Below, piece by piece: positions 60,514 to 64,000 of a DNA stretch of 64,000 nt; within the stretch, counting starts at the first letter, position 1, and every line of letters starts with the position of its first letter. The stretch is from contig CP154954.1 in assembly GCA_039621445.1 (NCBI GenBank), forward strand, positions 47,595,847 to 47,659,846. The letters are read 5' to 3'. This DNA is from Euglena gracilis. Its lineage: Eukaryota. The position numbers and the translations under genes were made by a program. The notes below the pieces were generated by a model that saw nothing but the letters and a program-made list of their open reading frames with translations, ran no database searches and was not told the DNA's origin.

Positions 60514-63500
60514 CATATATACATAAATAATTTATGAGGATTTTATAGACGCATCTATATCATACATCTAGATCAATATCCATCCATGTATATGTAATAT
60601 AATGTACATGTTTATATAATACAACATATATGGCAACCTGTGGGACCTCCCAGCGGGGGGGAGGGGGGTCCCAGTGGTATGACCTGGGGTGGGGGTCCCA
60701 CTTGTATGAGCACATTGGTGGGTGTCAGCTTCGCCGTTTTCACCATCAAGGGTTAGGGTTAGGATTCACATTTCCGTTCTGAGGCAGTTTTTGGACCAAG
60801 TTAAGCCCAAATTTAGGCCCAACTTTAAGCCTGACTTTAGCCTAAACCCAGGTCAAATTTTGGCCGAAAACACCTGACCCTAACCCTAATCCTTACAATA
60901 ACCAAAACCCTAACCCTGACTCTAACTCTGAGGCAAAACACAATTCGGTGCACCCTCAACTTGAACATGACATGTATCCACATTGTACATAATATACAGT
61001 CAGTTCAAAAAGTCCTGACCCAAGCTGGTTCAAAAAGTCATGACTCCTGAAAATTTCAAAAAAAAATTGTTCTCTTCCTTGCTAGACCCCTATGTCAGGC
61101 AATGGGTTGGCAGTGGTGGAGGAGGTACCTGGATGCTCTGTGTGTGCCACCCTGCAGACTGCACCCCTGCACTGCTGCGCTGTGCACGCCCGTGAGCTCC
61201 TTTTGACGCTGTGCCAAGCACTCAGTGTTCTCCTCAAAATGCCAGAATCGCTCGGTGCAGCACATATGGGGATACACCGCAACCAAGGTTCTGGTCAGCT
61301 CGGCGGTGGTCTCAAAATTGTGAGGAGGCACAGGCGGTCGAATTTATCGCCAAATTTATCGCCGTGCACCAAAAATAAGCAAAAAAATCCATCAAACTTC
61401 CCCATCTGTTATCATCACAACCCCCGACCCAAGGACCATAGCCATAAATAAAAACCGAATCAAACCGCACCAAACCATAATCGGATCCTGCGAACTGTGG
61501 CGATAAATTCGACCGCCTGTGCCTCCTCACAATTTTGAGACCACCGCCGAGCTGACCAGAACCTTGGTTGCGGTGTATCCCCATATGTGCTGCACCGAGC
61601 GATTCTGGCATTTTGAGGAGAACACTGAGTGCTGGCACAGCGTCAAAAGGAGCTCACGGGCGTGCACAGCGCAGCAGTGCAGGGGTGCAGTCTGCAGGGT
61701 GGCACACACAGAGCATCCAGGTACCTCCTCCACCACTGCCAACCCATTGCCTGACATAGGGGTCTAGCAAGGAAGAGAACAAATTTTTTTTGAAATTTTC
61801 AGGAGTCATGACTTTTTGAACCAGCTTGGGTCATGACTTTTTGAACTGACTGCATCTTCCAGCCAAGGGCTGAAATATATATATTATGTACAATAGGTGT
61901 ATACATGGAAATGTTTTTTTTAAAACCTTGAAACACATTTCCACAGCCGAAAAATGTTTCATAATGTAACGTTGCTAAAAGGCTGCCAGAGGGACAATGA
62001 CCCCCCCACAGGGTGACAGCTTCAGCACAAGGTTTCGATCCAGCCAACCTAACACAACCTCCACAGAAGAAAATTTCATGATGCACAAAAAAAAATCGGT
62101 GGTGATGGGTTTGGGTTGGTAAATGGGTTTGGGTTCTCATTGAATCTACCCCCCAGAATGAGGCAGGGGTCTTGCTTTTTCTTGTTCTGTTGTTGGAAAG
62201 CTCCAGGGGGATACTGGGGTATTTTTTTTGACCAACGTGGGCTCCAGAAAAATTTCAGAAAGAAATGCCTTGCTGGTTCGCGCAGAAACACAAAAAAATT
62301 CCCTTCGACAATTCCCGCAACGTACTAAATGAGGCCTGATTGAGAATTTGCATGACTTCCGGAATAGGCTTTCCCAAAAATTAAATTCTAATTAAATCAA
62401 ATTAAAATAAATTTGACATTTTGATGTGTTTCTTACTGTCCCTGATTGTGGTTGAGGGGGTCTAAGAATTTTGGGTCTTTTTTATCCTTGCTCTTTAAAA
62501 AATGATAATGATGATAATAATTAAACATGATACTATTGAAAGGAGGGGTTTCCTCGCATTTGCTCCACATGTATCCAAAAGAGTGAAAGTTAAACCTGTC
62601 GGGGCTTGGGCGGCGGAGGAGGATTGGGATTCTGCAACACTCCAAGGCGCTCCTTCAGCACCTTACGTGGGTGGAGATCCGGCGGCCGTTTGTAAAATTC
62701 CTGGGAGTGGGGAAAACGGGTGAAATAAGACAGCACCAGGGCATGAGTTGATTTGAGGTGTTTATATTTGCACTTCCGCCCTGCAATGGTGTTTTGACAT
62801 GCGACTGACAATTGCATATACCATATAATCTTCAATATGTTATTTTACATGTTACCACATCACAGATGTGTGTGTACTGCCATGCAAACACAAAAACGAA
62901 TTTTTAAGCCATTTTTCAAATTGGAAGTTCTACCCAAGAGAAGGTTACATCCAGTCTGTAGACTTTTTTTTAAAAAAAACCAGTGCCCAACAAAGATAAT
63001 TGCCCCCCGTACTAGAGAGAAGCTTTTGATCCAATCAGGCCCAATCAATATCAGGTATCAAACTACAACCTTGGGCACAATTTCTTTCAAATAGAAATGA
63101 AGGTGTTGATCATCAATATGGTGAATAATCCATATTTGGGTGTACAAACTAATACTTTTCCAGGCTGGATGACGGCCCAATTTCTTCTCTTCCACAGGCC
63201 CCAGACCAGACTTCTTTGTTAGACCCTTCCTTCCCTTAAAGACCACCTACAGGCCAAAAGTGTGGTCAAGGGCCGGTCGGGGGCTTGGATGTGGAAAACC
63301 GAAAAACTGTACAGCCAAAAATGAATGATTATTAAATATTTTTGACAAATTCTGATTTTAAAACCGGTGTGTTTTTGGAGGAAATTTCAGATTTTCGCCA
63401 ACTTCCCCTATTTGAAAGTTCTGAGATATTCTGCAATTATTTTTGCAAATCACCAAAACAATAGTGCAAAAAAACCATAAATTCCTGGCGCAACGCGCTG

Positions 63501-63798
63501 GGGAAGAAAAATAATTGGGGTCCCTGAGGGGGACCCCTGATCCCAAAATAACTTATTATTTGCATCAACCGTCATTTATTTAACACATATTATAAATATG
63601 CATGTGCATATCAAACTCGTATATGAGGCACCCCGCGGTGCAGTTGTGCATTGACTGTCTCAGCAATGCTGTATGGAAGTTTTAACAGGATTTTCAGTTG
63701 CTCTGCACCTCCTGGAGGTTAAAGCACACCTCCTGGGTTTGGTGGAATGTGACACACAGGCCTTGAAGCGCCGCAACGAAGAGGCTGTGGTCATACAT
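48003..63798 (-). CDS. Multi-exon EF-hand-like protein (5' end probably outside window)
   Basis: Exons: 63798-~63709, 63246-63070, 62700-62596, (62335-~62270 and 59974-59928 tentative), 58779-58665, 55109-55042, 53629-53444, 53084-52989, ~50220-50144, 49865-~49683, 48450-48290, 48132-48003. EF-hand-like motifs [29 protein letters not shown] and [11 protein letters not shown]. Mostly GT-AG joins with matching phase; the middle section is unresolved. Confidence 0.6.
48541..48830. mobile_element. hAT-like MITE family A
   Basis: CAGGCAGTTTTTT / AAAAAACAGCCTG; TSD tccctggc/tccccagc (6/8). Confidence 0.75.
48907..49138. mobile_element. Small TIR element with an internal duplication
   Basis: TAACCCCCCCCTAATAGAAGCAC / GTGCTTCTATTAGGGGGGTTA; repeated GGACCGCCGCCT.CGGCGGCGGGGGGTG block. 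Confidence 0.6.
56528..57435. mobile_element. Nested TIR element
   Basis: TIR CTTAGGCGGCCTAACTCGCA / TGCGAGTTGGGCCGCCTAAG; right half is homologous to ~51965-52382. Confidence 0.65.
57485..57786. mobile_element. hAT-like MITE family A
   Basis: CAGGCTGT...ACAACCTG; TSD aatgggat/aatggtat (7/8). Confidence 0.8.
60213..60525. repeat. (ACATAT)n hexanucleotide microsatellite
   Basis: Direct reading. Confidence 0.95.
60997..61852. mobile_element. Foldback element with ~355-bp arms carrying a probable hAT transposase C-terminal relic
   Basis: Arms 60997-61352 and 61498-61852 are near-perfect reverse complements; CAG/CTG ends; arm peptide [25 protein letters not shown]. Confidence 0.65.
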
Positions 63799-64000
63799 CT
63801 GTTTAAGGACTGGGGGGTTGCTGGGTTAGGGCTAGAAATTTTTTTGCCCGGGGGTGGGGGGGGCTGGACCACAGCTGCACCTGAGCTGGGCCGGGCTGAG
63901 CCAAAATCAGACAACTGCCCCCAAAAATGACCTGCAAAACACAGCGTTGAAAAAAATGAGCATCTGGCAACTGTCAAAAACGCGCCACAACAGCCCCAAA

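Noticed and set aside
62270-62335. Possible GA-AG (dinoflagellate-like) donor after [11 protein letters not shown]
   Set aside because: A downstream GC donor in the same phase exists and the exon itself is tentative.

Overview
Eukaryotic, intron-rich and repeat-rich nuclear DNA, most likely a euglenid (inference from TTAGGG repeats and stem-forming non-GT-AG introns with the euglenid +4/-6 CAG/CTG register). Four multi-exon genes can be assembled by hand, all on the minus strand: an ankyrin-repeat-like gene (7847 down past the window start), a coiled-coil plus EF-hand-like gene with an internal exon-pair duplication (33204-11293), a divergent PCNA/sliding-clamp paralog (43927-36158), and an EF-hand-like gene (about 63798-48003). 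Introns and spacers are packed with nested MITEs, many with CAG...CTG ends and 8-bp target-site duplications (hAT-like). Main result: several nonconventional introns look like such MITEs plus exactly one TSD length (3 nt left + 5 nt right), so splicing would restore the pre-insertion sequence. The clearest case (19148-20913) splits only one of two duplicated exons and shares both ends with a free MITE at 46184-46690. A probable decayed hAT transposase fragment lies in an 856-bp foldback at 60997-61852. All gene models are manual and lack RNA evidence; most listed six-frame ORFs are spurious.
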